64,000 nucleotides of DNA from a candidate division FCPU426 bacterium (GCA_040756875.1 JBFLYH010000003.1:224001-288000); one strand, 5' to 3'. Shown: positions 38,426 to 48,307, counted from the stretch's first letter. Notes: generated from the letters alone by a model not told the origin. Numbers and translations are program-made.

Positions 38426-38764
38426 TCAATACTTCCCATAGGCATTCGTCCATTTGGCGGCGATTTTGAGGAACTTCTCGTAACCTTCTGCTTTGACAAA
38501 AAGGATCGCCTGCTTGTATTTCTGATACTTGTACCCTTTTTTTCCAAAAAACCGGTTGATGGTCACGCAGGTATCAAGCAAAGCGCAGTCCGCGCAGGTG
38601 TTCAACCCCTTTTTAAGGCAGCAGACTTTCATCGGGCACCTGGCTTTTTCCAGGTCCCGCCCGCCCGGCCCATACCCGATTTTACAGCCTTTGCACTTCT
38701 TGTTCGCGTAGGCCTTGCAGGTTCTGCAATATGCTCCGCAACAACCGATTTCTCTGAGGCTCAT
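38426..38764 (-). CDS. DUF3795-like small Cys-rich protein
   Basis: GCCGAYCRTC, CKGC, CPMKVCC, TCADC. Confidence 0.8.
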   Translation of the reverse strand: MSLREIGCCGAYCRTCKAYANKKCKGCKIGYGPGGRDLEKARCPMKVCCLKKGLNTCADCALLDTCVTINRFFGKKGYKYQKYKQAILFVKAEGYEKFLKIAAKWTNAYGKY

Positions 38765-38922
38765 CCTTGTTACACACCCGCTTCCGAAGTGGTCCCTGGT
38801 TTCAAGCTGCAATCCTTGCCTCGTTTGGACATTTAACCATATCCCGCCTCGGTTGCTCATAACAAAAACAGCCGGCTGGCCAGGGCGCTGGCCAACCGGC
38901 TGTTCACGCATATTGACTTGCT

Positions 38923-39393
38923 TTATTGAGTCGCGTACTTGGCCGGATCTTTGTCCCATGCTTCAACGCAGCTTTGGCAGCAAAGATAATATTTCTTGCC
39001 GTTGTACTCACGTGTGGCCACGGCCTTGGATTTCGGCAGCTTCGTGCCCATAACCGGGCAGGTTACCATATCATCCTTGGCTTGGGTTGCCTCCTTCTTC
39101 CATTCCAGGCATTTTTGCGCTTGCTCCTGGATGGCCTTGACTGTTTCGGGATTCTTGGAAGTAACCGTAATAACCGCTCCTTCCGAGGTGTTTTCCACCT
39201 TAACCTCGGCATCCTTGATTTGCATCGGACACCCGCCCATGCATTTATGCATGGACATTTCATCGCCGTGCATATGCCCTTTGTGCGTCATTCCCTGGCC
39301 CTTTTCCATGGCTTTGCTTTCAGCCAAACCAAGCGTGGGCGCCAGCAGCACAACGGCCACCAAACCGACCTGTAATAAAAATCCCGACTTCAT
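38923..39393 (-). CDS. Secreted YHS-domain metal-binding protein
   Basis: Signal peptide; His/Met-rich segment; TCPVMG..EYNGKKYYLCCQSC..FDKDP-like end. Confidence 0.85.
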   Translation of the reverse strand: MKSGFLLQVGLVAVVLLAPTLGLAESKAMEKGQGMTHKGHMHGDEMSMHKCMGGCPMQIKDAEVKVENTSEGAVITVTSKNPETVKAIQEQAQKCLEWKKEATQAKDDMVTCPVMGTKLPKSKAVATREYNGKKYYLCCQSCVEAWDKDPAKYATQ

Positions 39394-39522
39394 ATCAATT
39401 GTCCTCCTTCGGAGTGTTGTTCTTTTATGAACCTTGCCCGCCTGAAGCGCCCTTATCCAGGTACCTCTTTAGACACTGCTTACACCCTGATGCCGAATTA
39501 TTTTTCAGCCCGCGTTTCCCGG

Positions 39523-40230
39523 TTATTTCCCGCCTCTTTTCCCGAGCTCCGCCAGCAGGTCCAGCTGGATCTCCTGGATCTGGGCCAGGCGGTCCCACTG
39601 GTGGGAGAGCAGGTGGTCCACTTTCTCGTTCAGGTGCCGGATCTCCAGCTCGGCCTTGAGGTTCACCTGGTAGTCGTGTTCCGAACGCAGGCGGTCCTTG
39701 GTCTCCTGGCGGTTCTGGCTCATCATGATGATGGGCGCCTGAATGGCGGCCAGGCAGGAGAGGAACAGGTTCAGGAGAATGAAAGGATAAGGGTCCACGG
39801 GTTTCCACCACAGCACCAGGGAGTTCATGGCGATCCACAGGAGCATGAAACCGCCGAAATAAAACAGGAAGGCCCAGCTCCCGCCAAAGGCCGCAATGCG
39901 GTCCGCCAGCTTCTCGCCCAGGGTCCACTTTTGCTCGAATTCATTATCCACGTTGCGCGAAAGCAGTTCGTGATCGCGGATGCTCGCGACCACCTCGTTC
40001 TCCAGGGCCGTCATCTCGCCTTTTTCCGATTCGAGCAGGGAGTGCACGTAGCGCGCGCGATACTGCATGAGGTCGGTCCGGCAGATATATTTATCCGCGG
40101 ACCAATCCGGCCGGTCGTGCTTGATTTCCGCGGCAATCACGTCCCGGACCGTCGCTCCCAGGGTCAGGTCGCCCAGAGCAAAAGTCTTTCCGCAGATGGC
40201 GCATGGGTGGGCATGGTTTTTTTCCGGCAT
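39523..40230 (-). CDS. DUF1003 membrane protein
   Basis: ADRIAAFGGSW, DPYPFILLNL, QAPIIMMSQNRQ, NLKAELEI. Confidence 0.93.
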   Translation of the reverse strand: MPEKNHAHPCAICGKTFALGDLTLGATVRDVIAAEIKHDRPDWSADKYICRTDLMQYRARYVHSLLESEKGEMTALENEVVASIRDHELLSRNVDNEFEQKWTLGEKLADRIAAFGGSWAFLFYFGGFMLLWIAMNSLVLWWKPVDPYPFILLNLFLSCLAAIQAPIIMMSQNRQETKDRLRSEHDYQVNLKAELEIRHLNEKVDHLLSHQWDRLAQIQEIQLDLLAELGKRGGK

Positions 40231-40481
40231 GAAGTCCTCCTGGTCGCTCGGGTCCCGTAAAAGTTGATCCGGCTTTTTTCCTTGGCTTACAACCCATTAT
40301 TCACATCTTCACCGGCATTTCCATGAATAAAGCGGCCGAATTTGTATCAATCGGAAAAGACCATCAATCACTTGTGCTGTTGGCCAAAACGCCCCCTCTT
40401 TTTCCTTTTTATCCTTCATCCACTTGGGCTATAATCCCCCTTAATCTTTAGGGTCTTCAAACTGAACCTCCCCCTTTCTCC

Positions 40482-41237
40482 ATGCCCCTTCCCATCATCC
40501 AAGTCGAACACCTATCCAAAACCTTCCGCACCGGCGTATTCCGGCGCCGGGCCGTGCAGGCGCTCCAGGACGTATCGCTGACCGTGAACCCGGGCGAGAT
40601 CTTCGGCCTCCTGGGGCCGAACGGCGCGGGCAAGACCACGCTCATGAACATCCTGATGGGCCTGCTGGTGCCCGACCGGGGCGCGGTGCGGATCCTGGGC
40701 GAAAAGATCACGCCCCGCATGCCCTTCGGCATCAAACTGCGCATGAACATGTGCTCGGGCAACCCCAATTTCCCCTGGTGCCTGAGCGTGCGCGAGACCA
40801 TGGATTTTTACGGATTGCTGTACGGCCTGCCCTGGAAGGTGTTCGCGCCCCGGCGCGACGAGCTGCTGCAGGCGGTCGAATTGTGGGACAACCGCCACAC
40901 CCGCTATGACGAGCTGTCCACGGGCAACAAGCAGCGCCTGGCCCTGGCCAAGTCCCTGATCAACAACCCCGAGCTGGTGCTGCTGGATGAGCCCACGGTC
41001 GGGCTGGACCCGGACATTTCCGCCAAGATCCGGCACCGCATCCTCGACCTTCACAGCCGCCTGGGCAAAACCATCGTGCTCACCACCCATTATATGAAGG
41101 AAGCCGAGGAAATGTGCGACCGCATCGCCTTCATCCGCGGCGGCCGCATCATCGCCTTGGGCACCAAGGAAGAGCTCCAGGCCCTGACCAAAACCCGCGA
41201 TCTGGAGGAGGCGTTCCTTGAACTGGCTCATTCGTAG
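40482..41237 (+). CDS. ABC-2 type ATP-binding protein
   Basis: GPNGAGKTT, LSTGNKQR, LLDEPT, TTHYM. Confidence 0.95.
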   Translation: MPLPIIQVEHLSKTFRTGVFRRRAVQALQDVSLTVNPGEIFGLLGPNGAGKTTLMNILMGLLVPDRGAVRILGEKITPRMPFGIKLRMNMCSGNPNFPWCLSVRETMDFYGLLYGLPWKVFAPRRDELLQAVELWDNRHTRYDELSTGNKQRLALAKSLINNPELVLLDEPTVGLDPDISAKIRHRILDLHSRLGKTIVLTTHYMKEAEEMCDRIAFIRGGRIIALGTKEELQALTKTRDLEEAFLELAHS

Positions 41238-42000
41238 GATCGCGGCCTTCACCTATCGCAATTACCTTTTCGCCGTGAAGAATTTCTTCACCTTCGCAGA
41301 GATCCTGTTCTGGCCCGTGATCCAGATCATTTCCATCGGCATCATGGGCGGTTTTCTCAAACTGACGCCGGACTTGAAATACTTCCTGCTCACCGGCGCG
41401 ATCATGGGCGGCGTGCTGCAGGTGGCCCAGCTCGACGTGGCCTACGGGTTCCTGTACGACGTGTGGTCCAAGAGCGTGAAGCAAACGTTCATGGCGCCGG
41501 TCAAAACCTACGACTACGTGGCCGGCTCCTGGGCCTTCGGCATCGTGCGCGGCACCCTCTCCTTCCTGATGTTGGTGCTGATCGCACGCCTGGCCTTCGG
41601 CTTCCAGCTGCCGCCCTTGCCGGTCTTGGCCTTCACCCTGGCGGGCGTGTTCCTGAGCGCCCTGATCCTGGGCATGACCGTGCAGCTTTTCATCCTGCTC
41701 TTCGGCCAGCGCATCGACATCATCGCCTGGATCGTGGCCGTGCTCATGATGCTGGTCTGCGGCATTTACTACCCGGTCACTTACCTGCCCGCCGCGCTGC
41801 TGAAGGTCTCGGCCCTGATCCCGCTGACTTATTTCCTGGAATACTTCCGCACGGGCTACGGGTTCCCGCTCACCTTCACCCATCCCCTGCTCAAGGGGTT
41901 CGGCCTGTCCGCCGCTTACGCTTTCCTGGTGTTCGCGGCCGTGGCCGGCGCCTATCAGCGCGCGCGGCGCACGGGCATGATACTCAGGTTGTCCGAATAG
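41218..42000 (+). CDS. ABC-2 type permease
   Basis: 6 TM; CGIYYPV..LIPLTY; overlaps the ATPase gene (TTG start). Confidence 0.88.
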   Translation: MNWLIRRIAAFTYRNYLFAVKNFFTFAEILFWPVIQIISIGIMGGFLKLTPDLKYFLLTGAIMGGVLQVAQLDVAYGFLYDVWSKSVKQTFMAPVKTYDYVAGSWAFGIVRGTLSFLMLVLIARLAFGFQLPPLPVLAFTLAGVFLSALILGMTVQLFILLFGQRIDIIAWIVAVLMMLVCGIYYPVTYLPAALLKVSALIPLTYFLEYFRTGYGFPLTFTHPLLKGFGLSAAYAFLVFAAVAGAYQRARRTGMILRLSE

Positions 42001-42009
42001 GAGGATTGC

Positions 42010-42648
42010 ATGGGGTCGTTAAGCGAGTACGTCAATATTTTCCTGACTTTGCTGGCCATCGTGGACCCGCTGGGCGCCATTCCCTTTTTCCTGACCCTGG
42101 CGCCGACCCAGTCCGCGAAGCTGCGGCGGCGGCTGGCCTGGTCCAGCACGCTGACGGTCTTCATCACCCTGGGCCTGGCGGCCCTGACCGGTGAAGAGCT
42201 GCTCACGGCCCTGGGCATCAGCATCAACTCCTTCCGCGTGGCCGGCGGCGTCCTGCTGCTGCTGATCGGCATTTCCATGCTGCTTCAGGACAAGCGCTTC
42301 ATGGGCCGCGAGCCGGGCAAAACCAGCCTCAAGCAGAGCCTGGAGGATTTCGCGGTCGTGCCCCTGGGCATCCCGCTCCTGGCCGGGCCGGGCGCCATCA
42401 GTTCCATGATCATCTTCACCCACCGCTACGAGGGCTTCGGGCACACCTCCGTGCTCCTGGTCGTGAGCCTGGCCGTAGCCCTGCTCACCGGCCTGACGCT
42501 GCTCCTGGCCCATCCCATCGGCAAGCTCCTGGGACGCAACGGTCTTAACATCACCATCCGCCTCATGGGCCTGATCCTGTCCGCGGCTGCGGTGCAGTTC
42601 ATGGCCAACGGCCTGCTGCGGCTGTTCCCCGGCCTCGCCACCCCCTGA
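42010..42648 (+). CDS. MarC family membrane protein
   Basis: IVDPLGAIP, FRVAGG, VPLGIPLLAGPGAI, RLMGLIL. Confidence 0.95.
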   Translation: MGSLSEYVNIFLTLLAIVDPLGAIPFFLTLAPTQSAKLRRRLAWSSTLTVFITLGLAALTGEELLTALGISINSFRVAGGVLLLLIGISMLLQDKRFMGREPGKTSLKQSLEDFAVVPLGIPLLAGPGAISSMIIFTHRYEGFGHTSVLLVVSLAVALLTGLTLLLAHPIGKLLGRNGLNITIRLMGLILSAAAVQFMANGLLRLFPGLATP

Positions 42649-42652
42649 ACCT

Positions 42653-43381
42653 GTGCCTGACCGCACGCCGTTGTGCCGTGCTCTGTCCAAGCTGGGATTT
42701 TGCTCCCGCGCCCAGGCCGAAACCCTGATCCGCAGCCGGGGCGTGCGCGTGAACGGCTGCGTGCAGATTGACCCGCTGGCCTGGGTGGACCTGAAAACCG
42801 ACCGGTTCGAAGCCAAAACCCGCGGCGCCTGGCAGCGCCTGGAGTCCGCCCCTGCCCGCGTCTATCTCCTGCTGAACAAACCCGCCGGCTACGTGACCAC
42901 GCGTTCGGATGAACGCGGCCGCAAAACCGTTTACGACCTGCTGCCCGACCCGTGGCGCGAAGCCTGGGTGTTTCCCGTGGGCCGCCTGGACCTCGAATCC
43001 GAAGGCCTGCTGATCCTGACCAATGACGGCGCCTGGGGCCAGCAGGTGGCTGATCCCCTGGAACACGTGACTAAAACGTATATTGCGACCTTGGATCGCA
43101 AGCCCCGGGACGAGGAACTCGCACGGATGAGGGAAGGATTGCTGGTCGGGAATGAAAAATGGCGGCCAGCCCGGATCATTGCGCTGGGGCCGCGCTGTTT
43201 CGAAGTGACCCTGACCGAAGGCCGGAACCGCCAGATCCGCAGGATGTTCTGGGCCGCCCGCTGCCGCGTCAAGCGGCTGGTGCGCGTTGCCATCGGCACG
43301 ATCACGGATGCGGCGCTGGGGCCCGGCGAAGTGCGGGAATTGCAGAAAGAAGAAGTACAGCAGTTGCGAAATAATTTATAG
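42653..43381 (+). CDS. rRNA pseudouridine synthase (RsuA/RluB/RluE family) with S4 domain
   Basis: LNKPAGY, VGRLDLESEGLL, EGRNRQIRRM. Confidence 0.93.
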   Translation: MPDRTPLCRALSKLGFCSRAQAETLIRSRGVRVNGCVQIDPLAWVDLKTDRFEAKTRGAWQRLESAPARVYLLLNKPAGYVTTRSDERGRKTVYDLLPDPWREAWVFPVGRLDLESEGLLILTNDGAWGQQVADPLEHVTKTYIATLDRKPRDEELARMREGLLVGNEKWRPARIIALGPRCFEVTLTEGRNRQIRRMFWAARCRVKRLVRVAIGTITDAALGPGEVRELQKEEVQQLRNNL

Positions 43382-43404
43382 GGGCGTTCAATTGAACGCC
43401 CCTA
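43379..43404. repeat. GTAG-type REP palindrome, copy 1
   Basis: TAGGGGCGTTCAATTGAACGCCCCTA; supplies the TAG stop of the pseudouridine synthase. Confidence 0.85.
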
Positions 43405-43430
43405 CACAAGTCTGACAGCCATCATCTTTT

Positions 43431-44528
43431 CTACTTCCATACCCCCGGTATCTTCGTCTTGCAATACTTGCAGCGTCCTGCCCGCAGGTTCATCTCCTCC
43501 AGAAAATACCCGTTGCGCTTGATGAGCAGCTTGCCGCAGTGGTGGCAATAGGTGTGGTTGAGCGGGTGGCCGGGCACATTGCCCACGTATACATAGCGCA
43601 CGCCCGCTTTTTTCGCCAGGGCCGCGGCCGCCTCGAGCTGGGCGACCGGGGTGGGCGGCAGGTGGGTCAGTTTGTGCTGCGGGAAAAACCGCAGAAAGTG
43701 CACAGGCACGTCGGGCCCCAGGTGCTTCACCACCCAGGCGCATAGGGCGCCGATTTCCTCGTTGCTGTCGTTGAGCGTGGGAATGACCAGGTACCCCACT
43801 TCCAGCCACACGCCCTGGTCGTGATAAGTCTGCAGGGTTTCCAAAAAAGGCGCAAGCTGGGCGCCCGCGACCTGGCGGTAGGTCTTGTCCGTGAAGCCCT
43901 TCAAGTCCACGTGCGTGGCGTCCAGCACGGTGCACAGCTGCTTCAGGGGTTCGGGATTGATGTACCCGCAGGTGATGGCCGTATTGCGCAGGCCGTTTTG
44001 CTTGGCCAGCCAGGCGGTGTCGTACATGTATTCATAAAACACGGTGGGTTCGCTGTAGGTATAGGACAGGCTGGGGCATTTCCGCACTTTCGCCAATTGC
44101 ACCAGTTGTTCGGGAGAGAGGGTCTGGGCGGGTACGTCGCCGGGCTCGGCCTGGGAAATGCCCCAGTTCTGGCAAAACACGCACCGCAGATTGCACCCCA
44201 CCGTGGCCACGGAAAAAGTCGGCGTGCCGGGCAGGAAGTGGTAGAGCGGCTTTTTTTCGATGGGATCCACGTTGATCGAACAGGGCCGTGCGTAGGTCAG
44301 GGAGATCAGCTTGCCCTTTTGGTTTTTGCGGATGCGGCAGAACCCGGCCTGGCCGGGCGGAATCACGCACGTGCGCGGGCACAGCAGGCACTGGATGTCG
44401 CCGGTGAGCAGGCGCTCGTAGAACCGCGCTTCCTGCTCCTTGGCCGCCCGGCCCGGCGCGCAGGCCAGCAGCAGAACCGACAGGGACAGGAGCACATACC
44501 GGCATAAACGGGCATGAAAGGCGGTCAT
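43431..44528 (-). CDS. amrS: AmmeMemoRadiSam system radical SAM enzyme with N-terminal signal/lipobox-like extension
   Basis: CLLCPRTC, DPIEKKPLYHFLPG, GCNLRCVFCQNW, YTYSEP, YVYVGNV, CHHC. Confidence 0.92.
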   Translation of the reverse strand: MTAFHARLCRYVLLSLSVLLLACAPGRAAKEQEARFYERLLTGDIQCLLCPRTCVIPPGQAGFCRIRKNQKGKLISLTYARPCSINVDPIEKKPLYHFLPGTPTFSVATVGCNLRCVFCQNWGISQAEPGDVPAQTLSPEQLVQLAKVRKCPSLSYTYSEPTVFYEYMYDTAWLAKQNGLRNTAITCGYINPEPLKQLCTVLDATHVDLKGFTDKTYRQVAGAQLAPFLETLQTYHDQGVWLEVGYLVIPTLNDSNEEIGALCAWVVKHLGPDVPVHFLRFFPQHKLTHLPPTPVAQLEAAAALAKKAGVRYVYVGNVPGHPLNHTYCHHCGKLLIKRNGYFLEEMNLRAGRCKYCKTKIPGVWK

Positions 44529-44607
44529 GCCCGAATTATAGCAGGAACCCCGAGCGTTTAATCGTATAATTGGGGACGACCGGCGAACGAAACCCCGGAG
44601 CCTTAAT

Positions 44608-44699
44608 GGATTGCCGCGCTCCCTACGGTCGCTCGCAATGACAACAACAAGGTCATTGCGAGGCGCCCCGAGCCTGTCGAAGGGCGGCGAAGCAATCTC
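44608..44699. repeat. Inverted REP-like doublet between divergent genes
   Basis: GGATTGCCGCGCTCCCTACGGTCGCTCGCAATGAC then GTCATTGCGAGG..CCGAGCCTGTCGAAGGG..GAAGCAATCTC. Confidence 0.75.
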
Positions 44700-44733
44700 A
44701 TCTTGGCCGGCAACCAGGAGCAGACACGCCTTT

Positions 44734-46908
44734 ATGATCCCGGCAATCGTTTTCTTCATTTGCGGCCTGGGCGCGGTGATCAGCCAGACCGTGCTGCTGC
44801 GCGAGCTGCTGGTCGTGTTCCAGGGCAACGAGCTGACCCTGGGCGTGCTCCTGTCCCAATGGCTGCTGGGCACGGCCCTGGGCAGCTGGCTGGCCGGCCG
44901 CCGGGCCTGGCAGCGCCGCCTGCCTGCGGGTCCGGGCCTGCTGCTGCCGATCCTGGCCGCGGCCCTGTGGTTCCCGGCCGCCATCCTGATTGCGCGCCTG
45001 TGGCGCGAAGGACTGGGCGTGCTGCCCGGCCAGGGGCTCGGATTGGGCCAGGCCTGGCTGGCCGGAACCGCGCTGTTGCTGCCCCAAGCCGTACTGACCG
45101 GCCTGCAGTTTTCGGCCGGGGTGCGCTGGCTGGACACCCGGCAATCGGAAGGCAGCGGCGCCCGGGTGTACGTGTGGGAAGCGCTCGGCTATGCGCTGGG
45201 AGGAGTGGTATTCACTTTTGTTTTGGCCTCAGGCCCAGGTTCCCTGGCCACGGCCGGCTGGCTGGCCGCGGTTTCCGGTCTGGCTGCCGCGCTCGTGGCG
45301 CAACCACGCCAAGGCCGGTGGCCGGCCCTGGCCCTGGCCTTGCTGCTGGCCGCCATGACCCTGGCCTGGGCCCGGCCGCTGGAATCCTGGAGCCTGGGCC
45401 GCCAGCACCGCGGCTGGGACCTGCGCGCCGTGCAGAATTCGCCGTACAGCCGGCTGGCAGTGGCTGACCGCAAGGGTGAGCGCACGTTCCTGTTTCAAGG
45501 ACAGCCCGGCCTGACCCTGCCCTATCCTGACCTTGAGCAGGCCGAAATATTTACCGGCATTCCCTGGCTGTGCCAGCCAGCCCCGCGCCGGGTGCTGCTT
45601 TTGGGCGGCAGCGGCGCCTTCCTTCCCGAATTGCTCGAACATCCCCTGTCCGCGCTGACGTATGTGGAGCTCGACCCCTGGTTCCTCAAGTTGCTGGAGC
45701 GCTACTGGCTTCCGGAGCCGGCCACCCTGTTCCGCGATCCCAGGCTGGAAATCCGGCCTGAGGACGGCCGCCGCTTCCTGGCTGAAACGCGGGAACGATT
45801 CGATCTCATTTATGCGGCCGCGCCCTTTCCCCTGACCCTGGGCCAGAACCGCTATTTTACCCGCGAGTTTTTCGAACAGGCGCGCGCGGTCCTCGCGCCT
45901 TCCGGCTGGCTGGCCCTGGCCCTGCCCGGCTCCCTGGTGTATCTGGACCCGGACTGGGCCGAATTGCTATCGATCATCCGCGCCACCCTGCAGGACGTGT
46001 TTCCCAATGTCTGGCTCCTGCCCGGCGAAACCAACCTGCTGCTGGCCTGGCAGGGCCAGGCGTGGCCCACGCCCGACGAACTGCGGCAGCGGTTGCTGGA
46101 CTCGCCGGTTCGCTATCAATTGCTGTCGCCCGCGTACCTGGCCTACCGTCTCGATCCCGAAAAACAAGTGTGGCTGGAGGACCAGCTCAGCCGCGCCGAG
46201 GGCGACGGCCGCAGCAACGAGGATTACCGCCCTACCGCGCTCGTGGCCGGGCTCCTGCATTGGCAGGCTGTGTTCGCCCCCGGCGCCGGCCGCTTCTATC
46301 ACCGCCTGCGGCGATACCTGTGGCTGCTGTGGCCGCTCTTGCTCGGCTGGCTGCTGCTCGGCCGCGCGGAACCCCGCGCCACGGCCGCGGCTTCGGGCTG
46401 CACGGCCATGGGCCTGCAGATGCTGAGCCTCTGGAGCCTGCAAACCGCCAGCGGCGCGCTGTACGGCTGGCTGGGCCTGCTCAGCGGCCTGTTCATGGCC
46501 GGCGCCGCGCTGGGCGCGTTCGCGGGCCGCAGCGGGGCGAAACGCTTCCCCCTGGTCTCCGCACTGCTGGCTTCGGAGGCTTTGTTCGCCTTCTGGATCG
46601 CGGCCTGGTGGCTGGTCCTGCGCCTACACGGCCTGAACACTCCGGCCTGCCTGCTGTTCTCCGCGGGTTCGGGCTGGCTGCTGGGCGCGCAATTCCCGCT
46701 GCTGGCCGGGCGAGCCTCGGGCTCCGGAGCCGCCGGGATCTACGCGGCGGACGCGCTCGGCGGCTGGCTGGCTGCCGGCCTGGTGGGTTCGCTGCTGATA
46801 CCGGTCTGGGGCTGGGAACTGACGCTGCTGGCGCTGGGAGCCGTGAAGCTGGCTACGCTGAAAGGCTGGGTGCTGGCGGAGGTGGAACGGAAGCTGTCCG
46901 CCGGTTAG
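44734..46908 (+). CDS. Fused membrane/spermidine-synthase-like SAM-binding protein
   Basis: LRELLVVFQGNEL, NSPY, VLLLGGSG, YVELDP, EDGRRFL, FTREFF, IYAADALG. Confidence 0.88.
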   Translation: MIPAIVFFICGLGAVISQTVLLRELLVVFQGNELTLGVLLSQWLLGTALGSWLAGRRAWQRRLPAGPGLLLPILAAALWFPAAILIARLWREGLGVLPGQGLGLGQAWLAGTALLLPQAVLTGLQFSAGVRWLDTRQSEGSGARVYVWEALGYALGGVVFTFVLASGPGSLATAGWLAAVSGLAAALVAQPRQGRWPALALALLLAAMTLAWARPLESWSLGRQHRGWDLRAVQNSPYSRLAVADRKGERTFLFQGQPGLTLPYPDLEQAEIFTGIPWLCQPAPRRVLLLGGSGAFLPELLEHPLSALTYVELDPWFLKLLERYWLPEPATLFRDPRLEIRPEDGRRFLAETRERFDLIYAAAPFPLTLGQNRYFTREFFEQARAVLAPSGWLALALPGSLVYLDPDWAELLSIIRATLQDVFPNVWLLPGETNLLLAWQGQAWPTPDELRQRLLDSPVRYQLLSPAYLAYRLDPEKQVWLEDQLSRAEGDGRSNEDYRPTALVAGLLHWQAVFAPGAGRFYHRLRRYLWLLWPLLLGWLLLGRAEPRATAAASGCTAMGLQMLSLWSLQTASGALYGWLGLLSGLFMAGAALGAFAGRSGAKRFPLVSALLASEALFAFWIAAWWLVLRLHGLNTPACLLFSAGSGWLLGAQFPLLAGRASGSGAAGIYAADALGGWLAAGLVGSLLIPVWGWELTLLALGAVKLATLKGWVLAEVERKLSAG

Positions 46909-47038
46909 CAGGCTGATGAAAAAGCCCGCAGAGCGGTCTTTTTCGATTGCGTTGCGTGGAATACCCCATGAAAAACCAGAGATTTTTCATGGGGTAACAG
47001 GGTGCGAGCGGAACATATATGGATTTTTCAGCACCCTG
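46909..47038. mobile_element. 130-bp MITE with IS5/IS1182-like ends
   Basis: CAGGCTGATGAAAAA ... TTTTTCAGCACCCTG (13/15 inverted match); flanked by TTAG and TTAA; internal hairpin TACCCCATGAAAAA/TTTTTCATGGGGTA. Confidence 0.75.
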
Positions 47039-48307
47039 TTAACCGGCGGTTTCCAGTTCCTGTTCCTTTTTGACGAGAAACGCGTTGAGGATTTCCAAAG
47101 CGGCCCGGATGACTTTGGGGTCCAGGTGCTGTACGTCGTCGTTGTGCGTGTGATACACGTTGTTGCCTGACCCGATGTCCGGGCTGAGCGCGGCCAGGGT
47201 GGTGGCCTGCACCCCGATTTTGGCCAGTTCGGCCGCGTCCGTGGCGCCGTAGCCGTGGCGCATGGGGAACAAGCGCGAGGTGTATCCCAGGCTCTTGGTC
47301 ACTTCCTGCAGGGACTTGGCCAGTTTTTGGGACAACCGGACCGTGCCGTTGATGTCCGAAACCAGGTATTCCAGCTTCTTCAGATCGAACAGGGATTCCA
47401 AATTCACATTGTAGGTGGGGATCTCCCGCAACTGGCGCTTGTATTGGCGCGCAAAAGCCCGCGAGCCGCGCAGGCCCGCCTCCTCCGCATCAAAGCTCAC
47501 GAACAGGACGCGCGTATGGCGCGGCGCCAGGCCTTGATCCTTTTTCTCCTTAAGCAGCTCGGCCAGCTTGATGAGCAGGCAGGAGGACACCAGGTTGTCG
47601 CCCGCACCGGGCGTGGCCCGGCTGCGCAGGAAAAAGAAAAACGGCACATCCATGGCGATCACGGCCACGGCCGCCCACTGCAGCCACGCGTAGGGAAACA
47701 GCAGGCCGCCGATCAGGTCGCGGTAACCGGCCCAGGCCGCCAGGCCGGCCAGGAGCACCCAGTTGACCGTGGTGGAGAGGATGATTTGGGCAAGATAGAA
47801 TCCCGTCCCCCAATCCAGAAAAGTGAATTCATAGGCGCTGTCATGGTGCGCGCTGAACACGATCTGCTGCTTGGCTTCGCCGAGCGGTTCGAGCGTACCC
47901 GTGACATTGATGCCGGTTTTTTCCTTGAAAAGAAAATCGACGAACTCGACGTAAAAGCCGAATTCCAGGATGTTGATTAAATGCCCCAAGGCCAGCAGGG
48001 CCATGGCCGGATACACCCAGCCCGGACCGGCGAGCACGCCCGCGCAGGCCAGGATGAACAGCGCGGCATCCAGGGCGATATGGCCCAGAAAAGCCCGCGG
48101 CCGGTGCTTGAAATTATCCAACACCACGCGGTCGCAGAAGGGTTCCAGGGCTTGGCCGAGGATTTTGGCGGCTTTTTGGGAGAGGGCAGAACCAGCCGGA
48201 CGGGGGCCGCAAGTATCGATAATGCGGCCGGTCATCTGCAGGATATCCGCAACGTGCTGTTCGATGGGTTTCATGTTGGTCGCGTCCCTGGGTGGCGTTG
48301 ATTTCAT
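47039..48307 (-). CDS. M28 family metallopeptidase with TM segments
   Basis: GPRPAGS, SAHHDS, GAGDN, DAEEAGLRGS, TDA, YHTHND. Confidence 0.9.
   Translation of the reverse strand: MKSTPPRDATNMKPIEQHVADILQMTGRIIDTCGPRPAGSALSQKAAKILGQALEPFCDRVVLDNFKHRPRAFLGHIALDAALFILACAGVLAGPGWVYPAMALLALGHLINILEFGFYVEFVDFLFKEKTGINVTGTLEPLGEAKQQIVFSAHHDSAYEFTFLDWGTGFYLAQIILSTTVNWVLLAGLAAWAGYRDLIGGLLFPYAWLQWAAVAVIAMDVPFFFFLRSRATPGAGDNLVSSCLLIKLAELLKEKKDQGLAPRHTRVLFVSFDAEEAGLRGSRAFARQYKRQLREIPTYNVNLESLFDLKKLEYLVSDINGTVRLSQKLAKSLQEVTKSLGYTSRLFPMRHGYGATDAAELAKIGVQATTLAALSPDIGSGNNVYHTHNDDVQHLDPKVIRAALEILNAFLVKKEQELETAG

Noticed and set aside
33715-40230. CDF, DUF3795, YHS and DUF1003 as one metal-resistance operon
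   Set aside because: Interrupted by the low-GC island; no shared operator or metal regulator visible
44529-45137. 203-aa N-terminal extension of the radical SAM ORF
   Set aside because: Overlaps the opposite-strand gene and REP doublet; low-complexity shadow translation
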